Below are positions 1-12,938 of a stretch of 64,000 nt of DNA, one piece after another. Under the pieces are notes generated by a model. It ran no database searches, was not told the origin of the DNA, and saw nothing but the letters and a program-made list of their open reading frames with translations. Every line of letters starts with the position of its first letter. Within the stretch, counting starts at the first letter, position 1. Origin of the DNA: Camelus dromedarius (Eukaryota); the NCBI RefSeq assembly GCF_036321535.1, contig NC_087436.1:45324001-45388000 (forward strand). The letters are read 5' to 3'. Position numbers and translations under genes: made by a program.

Positions 1-2279
1 GTTTTTTAAAGAAGTGTGTGAGGAATTCAAATAAAGTATATTTGTTGAATCTAAGGCCTGATTCAAAACTCTCAAGTAAAGCAAAAGATGCAGCCATCTG
101 GTAAGTTCAGTCCCACCTACCTAAACAGGACAGGTGACTCATCATTTGAAAATAGGAAAAAATAAAGAGAAACTAGGCCTGCCTTCCTCCTTTATTATTA
201 TTTCAAATGCATTGTTAGTTTTGATCTTCTTTTTTAGACACACAGCTTTTCTTAGACATGGTGAACTGAGAGAAGATCCAATAATTTCAAGGATGAGTTT
301 CTAAAAAGCATCCCTTAAACCACCAGCGCTGGCTCACTGTTCCCACACCTACTGGGTAGTTGACATTCGTCCTTTATTGATATAAGTAGAGACGTGTTCA
401 TCTTCATCTTCAGGGCTACAAAACTGACTCATTCATCAGCCCATCATTCTTTTAAGTTTTGTTTTTTTTTAATTAATTAATCTATTTATTTATTTGCTTT
501 CCAGAAGAGGTGATACATTTCCTCACTGACCTCCTGTTCTCTTTGTGAACAACCACATGCCTCTTCTAAGAAGTTAAGTGAAACCAAGGATCCAGTTGGC
601 GGCCACTGAACAGAGCAAAGGTAATTGCCCCCTATGAAATCAAAACCGTCACATGCATATAGGATTGCTGTGTTGTAAACTGAGATGCTCAGAATTTTTC
701 ATCTGTGAACTGATTAGTATGTCAGTACTTCCTCAGAATTTCTACCACATCTCTTCCCTTCTGTTAAAACCTTCAGAAAGGGTAGTTCCTCTTGACCCAC
801 TCCACTGTGGTCTACACACTCTGTACTTTTGTGTGGTACGTATTTGGAGAGTGAAAGAGGGTTGAGAAAGAGGAAGAAGAGGTAACAGTGAGGTCCCCCA
901 CCTTCAGTGGAGCAACGGGGAGGAGAAAGACCTTGTGCTTTTTCTACCAGTTCCTTCTCATTGCCTGTGCTGGTAGATGGACTCCCTTCCATCAGAATGC
1001 TTCTGAGATTGTCTGGGTTTCTTACTCTCCATGTTTCTGTTGCCAGCAGCAATGCTGGCATGCAGTGTCCTTCAACAAGATTGATGTTAATGTAAATTCA
1101 ATCAAAATAAAAGTAGTTCCTTCCTCTTTTGTTTCTGAGAAGCTCAACACCACACAGAAGTATGTTTTGCTCTACAGTCTGGCCAGTCTGCAGGTCACCT
1201 ATGATCTATGACCCTTATTTTGAAGCATCATCAATCATATTTTATGACCACTGCTTTGATCAACTGAGTTAAGCAGTCACAGAATATATAGATACAGCCC
1301 ATTAACGTTGTGATGTCCTTAGCCAAAGCATATTTATGTGTCCTATCTGCCATATATCACAAACATTTTTATTTTAAAGATTCCTTTCTGTGGGCTTTGG
1401 TAGAAGTGGCTGACTCTCCTCTATCGTCTGCTAAGCCTCAGCACTCTGTCCATGACGAAGTTCAGTAAATTGCTCCTGAGTTGTCATTCCTCAGTAATAA
1501 TTGCTGTCTTTCTAGTTTACATGCTTGTTTTACTGAGATAATTTTTTTAAGCATGTAGCTAACCATATTGAAATAGCATGGGGTGAAAAGGGAGATATCC
1601 ATGTATATTCTTTCTTCTTCTTAACTTCTAAGAAGTCACATATACCTTTATCATTAAGGACTCTATTAAAGGTTAAATATAAAGGTTTTGTATAAATTTT
1701 ATACATATATACACATATGTATGCATATATATATGAAGTTTGTACAGCTTCAAGAACCTACCATGAATGCATATATTTACTTTTTAAAGATAGTAAAATC
1801 CCTGAGTGAATTAAATTTTCTAGATATACCACTGGTGGATAGTGTTGGTCATGGCTCAAAGCACTGAATCTGCTGGGCTAGTGTTGGATGTGGAATCTAT
1901 GCCTTCTGAAGCCTATATGCTGCTGATTATTCTGTAATACATCTGCTTTATCACCGTTGTTGCTTTTCTCTTATCCTGTGGAAATCTATGGTAAAGAAGG
2001 CTTTTAGAGTTGTTAATATTGTCCTTTTAATTAAGGGTCTCCAGGAATTTGAGAGAGAATTTAAGCTGTGAGAATTGATTCTAATTGGTTACTGTCATTT
2101 CTTTTATGTGCAATCATTATGATTACTTATTAGTCTGAGTACTTAAAAATTTCCAGATAATGTGATAAGCACTTACTATGCGATGTTCCACTCTACATAT
2201 CAGTTTTATGAATCTGACACTATTAATAATAAAATAAAATATTTTGCATCACTGATGATAACTTCCAATCCTTTCATTA

Positions 2280-2572
2280 GTCCAGTTTCCACAACTGTAA
2301 AATCCAACAAGTTCTGAAAATCTAAAGTTCTTCATATGTTCTAAGCAAACTAATATGGTAGTATCATCTAACCTGAACTGATAGGAGTTTTTTAAAATAA
2401 TTCTTATTGTTCTCAGTACAAAAATATTGCTACAGAAATATTACTGTTTGATATATAAGGTGCTGCCCCAGATCCTGCTGTTTTTACTCAATAGTACCTT
2501 TCACAAATCTGAAAATTTCTGAATTCCAGTGTACAAGTCACAAAGGTTTTAGATAAGAATCGTAGACCTCTA
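2280..2572. mobile_element. Ancient DNA transposon MITE fossil (Tigger/MER-like)
   Basis: End ...aaatctgaaaatttctgaattcc...ggttttagataagaatcgtagacct resembles Tc1/mariner-type MITE termini; family uncertain. Confidence 0.4.
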
Positions 2573-2719
2573 TTTCAAATTTTAGAGTTTGAAGTGTTTT
2601 AAAAATAAACTTCCTCATTGTGTACATGAGAAAAATGAAGATAAAACTGACACTAGACTTCAGCGCAGCTCGTTTTACTATATCATTCTACTACTTTTTT
2701 CTGTGCCTAAGAATGAAAC

Positions 2720-2800
2720 GTGACTTTCTCTAGCTACAAAATAGAAATAATAATACCTACCTCATAGTTAATGTGAGCATTAAATAAGCTAATCTAATAG
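2720..2800 (+). mobile_element. MIR SINE fragment
   Basis: Core-like aaaatagaaataataatacctacctcatagttaatgtgagcattaaataag. Confidence 0.65.
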
Positions 2801-3432
2801 TTTTATGTGTCCATCGAGAACATTTGTATCATTAGAGACAATATATTGAATGATTAACCTCTAATTTTCTTTGGACTTCCTTATGTGTGGGTGAAAATTG
2901 CATTGTGGTATTAGGAATTAGGAATACTATTAGAATGAAGGGGGGGAGGAAACTAAAAGTTAAGTTTTTGACTCCAGAATAGGCTTTTCATGCCCACACA
3001 ATAAATTTGAAAGCCAAAACCTTTTGATTCGCAAGAGCCCGGTTGGAAAGGCTTTTAATAATAAAAACAGAAGGTGAGGAAAAAGAAAACCACAGAGTTT
3101 ATGCTTTAACAATAGTGTGGAAGAGAATGGAGGGAGGCCCAGCCGGCTCTGTCTCAATAAACTAGATGAAATTTTTGTGAACCAGGAGAGGGGTACTGAG
3201 GTTGATGGGGCAAGACTCTGGAAGGGCATGTTAGGGTCTAAGATGAAAGGCACTGAACTTGGAAAGACTATGTGAACAGAGGGAATTAGGCTGAACAGAT
3301 GGCAGCCACCACTGCTACCACCACCCTGGTCAGAAGCCCAGCCAGTGCCTGCAGGTTTGCCACCACCATCTGGGGGCCCTGCAGATCTACTGTGCCCTGT
3401 TGTCCTTGTCTGCTGAGTGTCTTCCACTGACA

Positions 3433-3574
3433 AAGGTGGCCAAACATCCAGTTTGCCCAGGAATATCCCAGGAAGGTAAATCTACTGATTATCTGTTCAC
3501 ACCTCTCATCTCAGCATAGTTAATAACACCTCTATTATTTATATTTTATAAATGATAAAATGTATGGTCACTCT
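3433..3574 (+). mobile_element. MER94-like hAT-Blackjack MITE
   Basis: Starts aggtggccaaacatccagtttgcccagg and ends gataaaatgtatggtcactct, degenerate AGGGTGACCA/TGGTCACCCT TIRs; ~140 bp. Confidence 0.6.
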
Positions 3575-4749
3575 ACCCAACAACAGCCTGCCTTTCCACT
3601 GCCGATCATCAAGCAGACTTAGCATCTGTTCATTTCGTGAGGTTTGTCCCTCTTATCTGAACTGTTCCAAAAGACACATCACTTTATATGGCCCAAGACT
3701 CTTGCAGGGCCTCCTAAAACAGAAGGTGAGATCTTTGGCACTCAAAGAGATGGTATATCAGCAAAGAACTGAAAACACACTCGGATGACACAGGACATAG
3801 GTGACTGCCCCTGTTGCACATCTCAGTTGAAGTGTAGTTATCTTAGCATATTTTACTCCCTTCAGGGCTTAGCATACTCCTTGTGCACGCAGTAGGTGCT
3901 CAATAAAGACTGATAAAACATTCTGATTGGAGGAACCCTAAATTTTATTATCGATGCTGACATAGCCAGGATGAAAAAGAGAAAAGAATTCTATATTGTT
4001 TTTAATTCTATAAATGCATGTTTAAGGTACATAGTTAGTATCACTGAATGTCATCAAATGTGCTTAATTTTATAAATTTATGTCCTTGTAATGTTCTTCT
4101 AGCAGTAGGCAGGCATTTGCGGAGGAGGAATACTTAGCAGAAAGGAACAGTGATACTTTGGGATTTTTTTCAAGTTTTGTTTGTGACTACTTTATCACAG
4201 GGATGTGATATATTCTTCCTAAATCTTAGTTTGCCTCTTATCCATAGGTGATTACAAATACACAAAATTTTGGCTTGAAATTTGGGTGACTAAGGACTGT
4301 TTTTTTGCTGTGGCTTTGAAGGTTCAAAATGTGTTCAGAACTTTGAGTTCCAGAGCTCAGCTGCTATGAGGTACTGTTTGAGAAGAAACCCAGATCATTA
4401 CTTAGGTTACAGAAAACATTTGTTTGCAGCTGACTTCTCATTTAAGTCAAAATTTAAGTTGTTTGACGCTTGGTGATAATCATTACTACAGTAGCATTTT
4501 TTTTAAACAAACATTTAAGAAATCTACCTTACCTCATAGAATTTTATTTTATTTTTTATTAATATTATTTTATGAATTTGAATAAAGAATAAGAATCATT
4601 AGCAGTCTTCTATGGCTTCTTGAATTAAATACATTTCTTTAGAGAAGATTAAGAGCCCTTAATGTAAAATAGCCCTTCTAGGAAAGAAAGAAAAATTTTG
4701 TAATTTATTAAAATGCTATAAAAATCAAACTCATTCTGAAAAGTTAGCA

Positions 4750-5055
4750 TCAAGAAGACCACAAATAACAAATCTTAGTGAGGATGTGGAGAAAAGGGAA
4801 ACTTTGTACACTGTTGGTGGGAATGTAAATTGCTCCAGCCACTATGGAAAACAGTATGGAATTTCCTCAAAAAACTAAAAATAGAACTACTATATGATCC
4901 AACAATTCCATTTTGGTAGATAGTCAAAGAAAATGAAAAAATTAATTCAAAAAGAAATATGCACACAATGTTCACAGGAGCATTATTTACAATAGCCAAG
5001 ATATGGAAGCAACCTAAGTGTCCATCAACACATGAATGGATAAAGAAGATGTGAT

Positions 5056-5100
<45 letters not shown>

Positions 5101-5562
5101 TATGTGATACACACACACACACACACACACACTGGAATACTACTCAGCCATAAAAAAGAATAAAATTTTGCCATTTGCAACAACATGGATGGACTTGGAG
5201 GGCATTATGCTTAGTGAAGTAAGTCAGAAAAAGACAAATACTATATGATGTCACTTATTTTCAGAATCTAAAACATACAACAATCTAGTGAATATAATAA
5301 AAAAGAAGCAGACTCAGATACAGAGAACAAACTAGTAAGGAGAGGGGAGGGGGAAAGGCAAAATACAGGTAGGCAATTATAAGGTACAAACTACTATGTA
5401 TAAAATAAATAAGCTACAAAGATATATTGTACAGCACAGGGAATATAGCCAAATATTTTATAATAACTGTCAATGGAGTATAACCTTTAAAAATTGTGAA
5501 TCACTGTGTCATACACTTGAACCTTATATAATATTGTAAACCAACTATACCTCAATAAAAAA
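4750..5562 (+). mobile_element. 5'-truncated L1 (ORF2 C-terminus, 3'UTR, A-tail), antisense to ENPEP
   Basis: gaggatgtggagaaaaggga...tgttggtgggaatgtaaatt...atggaagcaacctaagtgtccatc, followed by 3'UTR ending aactatacctcaataaaaaa. Confidence 0.93.
5056..5131. repeat. Compound (TA)n(CA)n microsatellite inside L1
   Basis: tatatatata followed by two long (CA)n runs. Confidence 0.95.
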
Positions 5563-5986
5563 TGTAAGGCAACTAACATTCAGAAAAGAAAATATGCGGA
5601 GTTAAGTCTTTTGAGCTACCTTCCAAACCTGGTTATCTTTTTTCCTAACAGTTTTTTAGGATTAGGTCCTCTAATCTGAATTTTCTCATGAGCATCAAGG
5701 ACATTTTAAGCATAGTGAATGGTTCAGGTACTAACATCTACTACTACAGGTAAAAAATTAAGAAGAACATAAGCCTCAATTCAATATTTATTGATATAAA
5801 GAGATTCTTTCCAGAATGGTGAGTGTAATCAGGATATTACAGATTCTTGAATTGCACAGTATAATCTCATTATGAATAGCAGGTGATAAATGTACCAGAA
5901 TAATACTGACAGAAGCAGAGTAGATAAGAATGGTCTTTTGAGTCATGAAATTTCTACTAAAAATATATTACACAAAAACTAGCTAG

Positions 5987-6034
5987 TTTCTTTTCTTTTC
6001 TTTTTTTTCTTTTTTTTTTTTTTTTTTTTTTTTT
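5987..6034. repeat. Poly-T / (TTTTC)n tract
   Basis: About 48 nt of T with a few C. Confidence 0.9.
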
Positions 6035-6989
6035 ACTGAAAAAGTAATATAGACACTTTGGCTCTAGATCATGTAGTAAATTGATGCTTTGATATACCCG
6101 TATTGTTCCTAACTTACAGAAATGACAGATGCAATATAAAATTGGAAAACCCACAAGACATATGAGGGCTTCTAACAATATATGCATCTCTGTGGAGTTA
6201 GTAAAAATACAAAGCAGTGTGTAGGAACTAAAGCTATCAGTTTATTGAGCTCTAGTTTTAGAAGGAATTAGCAACAGGTTCCTGGGGGTCAGATTGAGGT
6301 CATACTTTGGAAATCATGTTTTTAAACTTTTTCTGCTATTTCTGATTGTTTTCCCATAGCTTTCTGTTCTTATCTTATGATGATCATATCTTCTTGAATC
6401 TCTGAGTATAATAATTGAAGGATTTATGTGTGAGAATTCTAATTTTTATGGCTTTTTTTGGTTTCCCTAGCTGTTACTATTTACTCACTCTGTGCTTTTC
6501 TGTTTATTTGTCTTGGATTTTCTCTTTTATGTTGCTTATTTTCCTCATATGCCTGTTTGTCTTATGTTGTCTTTTCAGCTCTAAGAATGTAGTACTGTGA
6601 GGCTGGTGTGGGTTCCTGCTGATGTTATGTTTAAGTGGATTTAAGTAGGGTGGTTTTCAGGGGTAGGAAATTGTACTGGAACATTTGTACTTGGGTGTTA
6701 AGTACTAGATTCCAATTTAGAGTGAGTGGGTAGGGGGCCAGTCAGGCAACCTCTCAAATGCCCAAGAGGTGAAATTTATCTTGAATTGACATTCACACTG
6801 CCTTAAAGTCTTCCTGTAAGATCCTGTTCAACTTTTGAAGGAAAGAGCTCTACAGGCTTTTGCAGGAGGGAAAACTCTGGTTTTCTGTCTTCTGTATGTG
6901 GGGTAGAGGGAGGAGCATCTCTTCCCTCCAGTGACTGGTGAAGAGGTAAAGATATTTTTCAGAATATCACATTTCAGAAGGTGGAGCAG

Positions 6990-7135
6990 GGTACATTGTT
7001 TGAAAAGAATTTGGAATTTGAGATTCCACCAGTTGCCACTTGGGTGATCTTGAGCAAATTACCTAAGCTCATTGTTTCAGTTTTCTCCTCTGTAAAGTGA
7101 GAATGATGATTTCTTTCTTATAGAATTATATAGCA
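6990..7135 (+). mobile_element. MIR SINE
   Basis: tgggtgatcttgagcaaattacctaagctc...cagttttctcctctgtaaagtgagaatgatg. Confidence 0.75.
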
Positions 7136-7803
7136 TTTTGTTTTATGTATATAATATGTAGCACAGAGGTGGACTAACCATTAGACAGCCTAGCAAGTGT
7201 TCACGGCCTGAGCAAAATAGGGGCCTCCAAACTGAGGAAAATAATTAGGTAAAAGAATTTAGCTTTTCTGAAGAAAATTATTAAGTTCATCATCTTGATT
7301 TTTAAAAAGCTTATTTATATCTTCTCATACTTTTAAGAAACGCTTTTTGACACACTATTTAGAATTACATATCAGAATGGCACCACAGACATTTCAGTGC
7401 TTAGTTACTTGAAGAATATTTTTCTACCTCTGGTTTCTTATTCTCCCTCTGGTCTCCATCTGGGACCCCAAACATATACACCCAACCGTTTTACTAAATT
7501 GGGCATACTGAAATGTTTAATACGTTTGTGCTGATATACTTAGGAGCTAGCTTTGGATTTATAGTGAATTTTCCCCTTAAAATAATTCAAGGCTATGTAT
7601 TCCTATGGCTATTTTGTTGGTTCATTTTCCACCTGGGCCCTTTTGGCTTACATTTTTCTATATTGTTCAGTGTATCATTAGGATCACAGATCCTGGTGAC
7701 CAGTGGGCTTTTCTAGTCTGTTGTGTGAAAAAAAACTATTCAAAAAAAGTAGAAAATCACAAATGCATAGGTGGTAAAGTTTAAAAAATACAGTGGTACT
7801 CAC

Positions 7804-7935
7804 AGGTATTCCCCTTTTTGACATTCTTGTTACGGAGTCAAACTGATGTACAGCAAAGCACACCAAGTAAGTGCTCATGGGGACAGACTTCTGGAAAGTT
7901 GTTCGATTCCATTTATCATCCACCGACTCTTCTTT
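7804..7935 (-). CDS. ENPEP: Glutamyl aminopeptidase, coding exon 3
   Basis: Acceptor ttttcgatag|AAA, then KEESVDDKWNRTTFQKSVPMSTYLVCFAVHQFDSVTRMSKRGIP (M1 motif MSTYL). Donor CCT|gtgagt; 132 nt. No exon 4 seen in 1-7803. Confidence 0.97.
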
Positions 7936-9958
7936 CTATCGAAAACAAGAGATAATCTTTTGTTTATAAAAAGATCAATCATGCACAAGACAAATAGTTG
8001 CTCCAAATCTGGCTTTCTAGTCAGACATCTTTTGTCAAAGCTTATGGGTAAAAAGCAATTTTACCCTAAAATGGTGATGTTTAAAAAACTAAAGAAAAAT
8101 GCATTTTATTTTTAGTGCTGTGACAGAGTGACAGAACTATATACTGGACTAAGTTTCTCAAAGAGAAATACAACTTTGTGATATAAACTGGACAGGAGTT
8201 TATTTCTCTTTCTACATTAAACACACAATCCTGACCATAATATTTGAGCGGATACCATGACCCCTTAATGAAGAATAGGCTAGTGCTCAGTTCCTTGCAC
8301 ACAGGAAGAACTAAGCAGGTATCTGCTGACTGACTATGTGCAGGAGAGCAATGGCTGTACCAGGCATAGCAGGATGTCTGATTTTCTTTTCCAGGCCTGG
8401 TGGTCTCCATCAGAGACCCAAGGTATGGTCACTAAAGTCACTGCTATGGATGGAGAGAAGGATTTTATTACTTGAATCAACTACCAACCCCACCTGTCTG
8501 GTTTTCTATCCATGCCAACTTTGCTTTCCTCAATGCCAATCACCAGATCTAAATACTTCATCCATGAATACTTGCCTAATTCCTGCTACCCATTGTTTAA
8601 ACATTTCCATATGCCCTGCAGCCACACAGTAAGTCACACTGCAGTGGGAAGCTTTGAAAAAGAATTAAGAGAAGGAGGCTGGACCAGAACTTAATGCGTC
8701 ATTGACAAAGCAAGCATGTTATATGCATGCGCTTGTAGAGTAGTATTGGAGCCCCAGCAAAGTTACTCTACAATACAAACCTAGTAGTTTTAACCTCCTA
8801 AGGACCCAGAATATTCACCCTCTTCCAGGACTATTTTCTGGAACTAGGTGAAGGTGAAGGAGTATACTCTGCAGAATGAAAATGTCACGTAGGGAAATCT
8901 TAAGCAGAGGTTAGTAAAGTTTGCACTTTTTCTCCTCCAACCTTCATTTTCTCCCTTCCATCCCAAAAGATTCTGATGGCATTTTACTCTGATCCAGGCT
9001 TCTGCGTTAGTATGTCATACTTTAAGTTCATCTTTTCCTCTTTCTTCTCCAATCAAAACTCAATTGTCCAGGTGTCTGACACTAGAAGAAAAGTTGATAA
9101 CCTGACTGACGTTGAGGCATAGATGGCTGGTGATGGTTTACTTTTTGACACTCTTAAAGCTTTTGTTTGCTTTTTCAAGGGATATCTGTAATTAAAACAG
9201 ATGAATTTCAATGATGATATTTCAGATAGTGGGACAGAAAGATGCAAGATATAACGTAGGCAGAGTACTTTTCTGGTATCAGGTAGGTGACAATTATATC
9301 TAAGGGTGAACTTGATCCTTTTACATGTCAAAGATATAAGGTATAATAAACCTCAACCTTGAAGTAATGACACTCTAGTTAACTGTGTTGCCCATTATGG
9401 GGTGGAGGAGCAGTAGCAGAGGAAAGAGTCATGTTAATAATTATTCAAGCAGAACTTATTGTAGCCTATTTTTTTTTTTAACATTTAATGAGTACTTCTT
9501 GTTCGCTGGAATACCTATGGGTATGGTGCTCTCTGGAGCTGGTGTCTATACTTCAAGATTTAAGTGATGATTTTTTGCAGTAGCTCTATCTTGAAAACTG
9601 GGTGTATATTCAACTGAAAACAAAGAGTATTTTTATGTCTGTAATTCCATTAGTTTGCTTTTGATTTGTCATGACTAGGAGATTCTCTCACTTAAGCAGA
9701 GCCCAGCTGATGTATGTCTACTGTATTCACTCTTGCTTAGAAAGCCCAATGTGGTGTTTTTGACTGGACTGTGATATCTTAGGTTAAAGACTTCTAGTGC
9801 TCAAAGAAAAGAGATTGACCAAGTGTATTTTCAAGCCTCTAAATAAGCTAGTAGAGCATATTTAATTTGAGACTTCAGTGGGTTCTCTCACAACAAATCA
9901 GTTAATTTATCAGATATTGTAAACAGTCTAGCTGCATAAATAAAACAAAAATACTCAC

Positions 9959-10100
9959 CTCCACTGGCATATTTGAAAGTGCCTTATACTCTTTGAGGTG
10001 GATGATAGACACTGTGTAAGTTGCCTTTTTGTTGGGCTCATCAAAACAAGGAAAGGATTTCCTGGCATCTGTTGGTTCATGATCAGTGGCTGCTATGCTC
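9959..10100 (-). CDS. ENPEP: Glutamyl aminopeptidase, coding exon 2
   Basis: Acceptor ttccaag|G completes the Lys codon left by exon 1, then [56 protein letters not shown] carries the APA Ca2+-site Asp/Glu. Donor GAG|gtgagt; 142 nt, restores phase 0. Confidence 0.98.
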
Positions 10101-11029
10101 CTTGGAAACAAACACAAACAAACAAAATATATATTGCCTCTTCTGACAGCCCTTATGTTTCTAATTCTATAGAGAAGAATCAATTTTGTAATTATAACTA
10201 CTGCATTTCTTAAAATTAGTTTCCATCCAGAAAACTATCAAAGAGTTGTCAAAGTCTTTCCTGGGATTTTCAGGTTAACAAATAAGTGAAAATCCAGAAA
10301 CTGCTTCAGATGTTTTATATGAAAAGATATTTTGAGGCCATAACTAAAATCTGTGAACTCTAAATGAGCAAAAATTAATCCAGTTATGAATGATCACTTT
10401 TTCCACCCCAAAGCCATCAAGCAACAAGTAGATGAACACAAAGCCAAACTCGATGGCTTGCTTGTAACTGTCCTTGTAAGTGTGAACAGCTGTGTTCTGT
10501 CTCAGAGTAAAGGAGTATATTCCAGAGTCCACAGCTCCTGTCCCACAGGAGCTGTCCCTAATGGCACATTTTTTCTTACTTGTGTTACCCCAGGGAAAAA
10601 AATCCAGTTTCATTTCCATGAAAGGCAGTGCCTTGAACAGTCTCCCAGTGAAGCAACCTTTGGCCAGGTTTAAAGCCCACATTTGGAAAGAGACAGTATT
10701 CTTTTATGGCTCTAACTAGATACATGCTTTTGTAAGCTAAAATGTTAATATTTAATGTTTCCATCACTTCAAAGTAGAAATATTTTTTTCTGAGTAATTG
10801 CTCCAAAAAACCCCAATGAATATATACTTTTTACATGTAGTTATATCATAGTAAGATATTATACATTTGCTCATTAGAAGAGTAAGCAAAGTAAAAAGTA
10901 TAAAAGAAAGAAAAAGTAAGGAAATACTGATTTATATTCATTAATAATTTGTGTAAGAAAAATATTTTGTCCTTCCGGATTCTCAGAGACTAAGGAGGGT
11001 ATTTAATATAGAGTAACAACTGAAATTAT

Positions 11030-11515
11030 GACATTTTCATTCATCCAATAAATATTTATTGAACCCCTTCCTTCACACACACACACACACACACACACGT
11101 GCACACATACATTTACCACACATTATTCTAAGTGCTGAGGGAATAACAAAGAATGAATAAGTAAGTTCATAAATAGAGTGATAAGAGCTATGTAGAAAAT
11201 AAAGCAGGGGAAGTGACAGAGAATGACTCAGGAAAAGTGATGAGCAACGTTAGGCAGAGTAGTTAGGAACAATCTCTTGGAGTAGATGATGGTTTGCTAA
11301 GATTTGAATGATGAGAAATGGTCAGATAATTGGAGATTAAGCAAAATGTGTTCTAGCAGAGGGAACAACTAATTCACAGTCTCCAAAGTGGAAAATAATT
11401 TGATGTGGTTGAGGACCTGAAAGATGTCCAGTGTGGCTGAAGTATAGTGAGCCAGACTGGGGGTAGGGGGTTGTCAGTAGAGGCTGTGTTAAGAGCCTGC
11501 ATTTCATTTGGGTTC
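11030..11515 (-). mobile_element. L2 3' fragment, with (CA)n at 11074-11098
   Basis: ttcattcatccaataaatatttattga tail; ttctagcagagggaacaac; cagtgtggctgaagtatagtgag. Confidence 0.75.
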
Positions 11516-11689
11516 AAGATGTATTATATTCATTAATTTATCTAAAACAGAATGTACCATAGGTCAACATCCATCTACAAGAAATTAAAATATTCTAAAA
11601 TTTCTTTTAAGAATCCACTATTTACAAAAATAATTGTTAAATACTCAGCCAAGAAACCTAATCTTTAAAAAAATAAAACCATAAAAGTG

Positions 11690-12938
11690 GCTTTCTTTTG
11701 GGACACTGTTGGCTGAGTGAGAGGACTTTCTGGGACGACTGTAAATATTTGTACCTTATTATGAGTGTGGGTAACAACAATGTGTGCATTTGTCAAAATT
11801 TATTGAATTGTTCCTATTAGATCTTGTGCATTTAATGTATTTAAATTTTACCTAAAAATAACTGTAAATGAATATTGAGCTCCAATAAGTAGGTTTGTAT
11901 TGTTGCAGTGGAATGGGTTAGCAATTTAGAAACAACCTTTTTGGTATCCTAGGCTTGAGCAAATTAAAAAAAAATGAGGATAGTGCAAGGCAGGTTTCTC
12001 ACTGTTGGTGAATAGTTATAAGTTTGTAAAAGAGGAAGACTAGAACTTGTTATTGAATTGTAATTGCAGGTTCAGTATAAACTCACTTTTTCATAAGTAT
12101 ATATAGATAAATGGATATAAAAATACACACAGAGACATGTCTTTTCTAGTTCTTTCTGCTTAGCAGGACTAAAAGGAAATGACATGCTTGTAGCAATGAG
12201 CACAACTATAGTTCCTACTAAATACCACTCTCCACTAAAAGAAACCAGAACTTTTTATAAAAACAACTGATTCCAGTGCTGGTTCAGGAAGATACAAGAT
12301 GATCCTGGAACATCTTGCTTTGACAAAAAATAAGGAAGTTCTCAGAGAATTATAGGAATAAGTCAAAAGGACATAAAGCCAGTTTGAGTGGACTTCCACT
12401 GGCTAGAGTAGAGGAAATGGGAACATCAAAATAGGTAGTGGGATTATAACCTACTGAATAAAGTAAGAATCCATGATGGAAATTATGAATAGGTAGGTAG
12501 GAGAGAGGGAAAGCACTTCTTTACAATAGATTGCCTACTAATAAATTTAGAATGAATGGTGGCTTTAGAAAGTCATCAGTGGATGTCAAAACAAAGGGGC
12601 AAAGGTGTGATGAGGAAAGGGATATCTGAATAGTTGCAGAAACTTTCTCTGAAAATTACTTACAGAGAGAAAAACTGTAATTTTACAATGGAGAAAACCA
12701 TTAGATACCACTGTAAGCAAGTGCTCAAATACAGTATCACTAATAATTGTACAAACCGACATGATGTGATTTCCTGAGAGAGGCACTGCATCTCTTTTGT
12801 GAAATTCCTGATAAAAATGCTTAACTTGTGTTTTTAAATTGTGAGGAAAGTCAGACAAACTAAAATTGAGGGACATTCTCAAAATAGCTAGCCTGTACTC
12901 TTCAAAAGTAACAAGGTTATCAAAGACAAAGAAAGACT
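11690..12938 (+). mobile_element. Ancient L1 (L1MC/MD-type) 3' region, interrupted at ~12938
   Basis: caggaagatacaagatgatcctggaacatcttg; taattttacaatggagaaacc; gacaaactaaaattgagggacattct...gcctgtactcttcaaaa. Confidence 0.75.

Noticed and set aside
2960..3433. 157-aa minus-strand ORF (also the 147-aa ORF at 29413-29856 and the 154-aa ORF at 55029-55493)
   Set aside because: No recognisable domain or ENPEP similarity; the latter two overlap LTR fossils.
5987..6034. Poly-T as an orphan poly-A retro-insertion
   Set aside because: No TSD or element body is visible; treated as a simple repeat.
9993..10001. His-Leu instead of His-Pro in exon 2 (IIHLKEY)
   Set aside because: I recall this position varying among mammals and cannot support significance without an alignment.
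9902..10183. 93-aa and 79-aa (7684-7923) ORFs as separate genes
   Set aside because: They are ENPEP exons 2 and 3 with intronic read-through.
10411..10459. Inverted repeat AAGCCATCAAG...CTCGATGGCTT upstream of exon 2
   Set aside because: An 11-bp stem with a mismatch and a long loop is plausible by chance in 64 kb.
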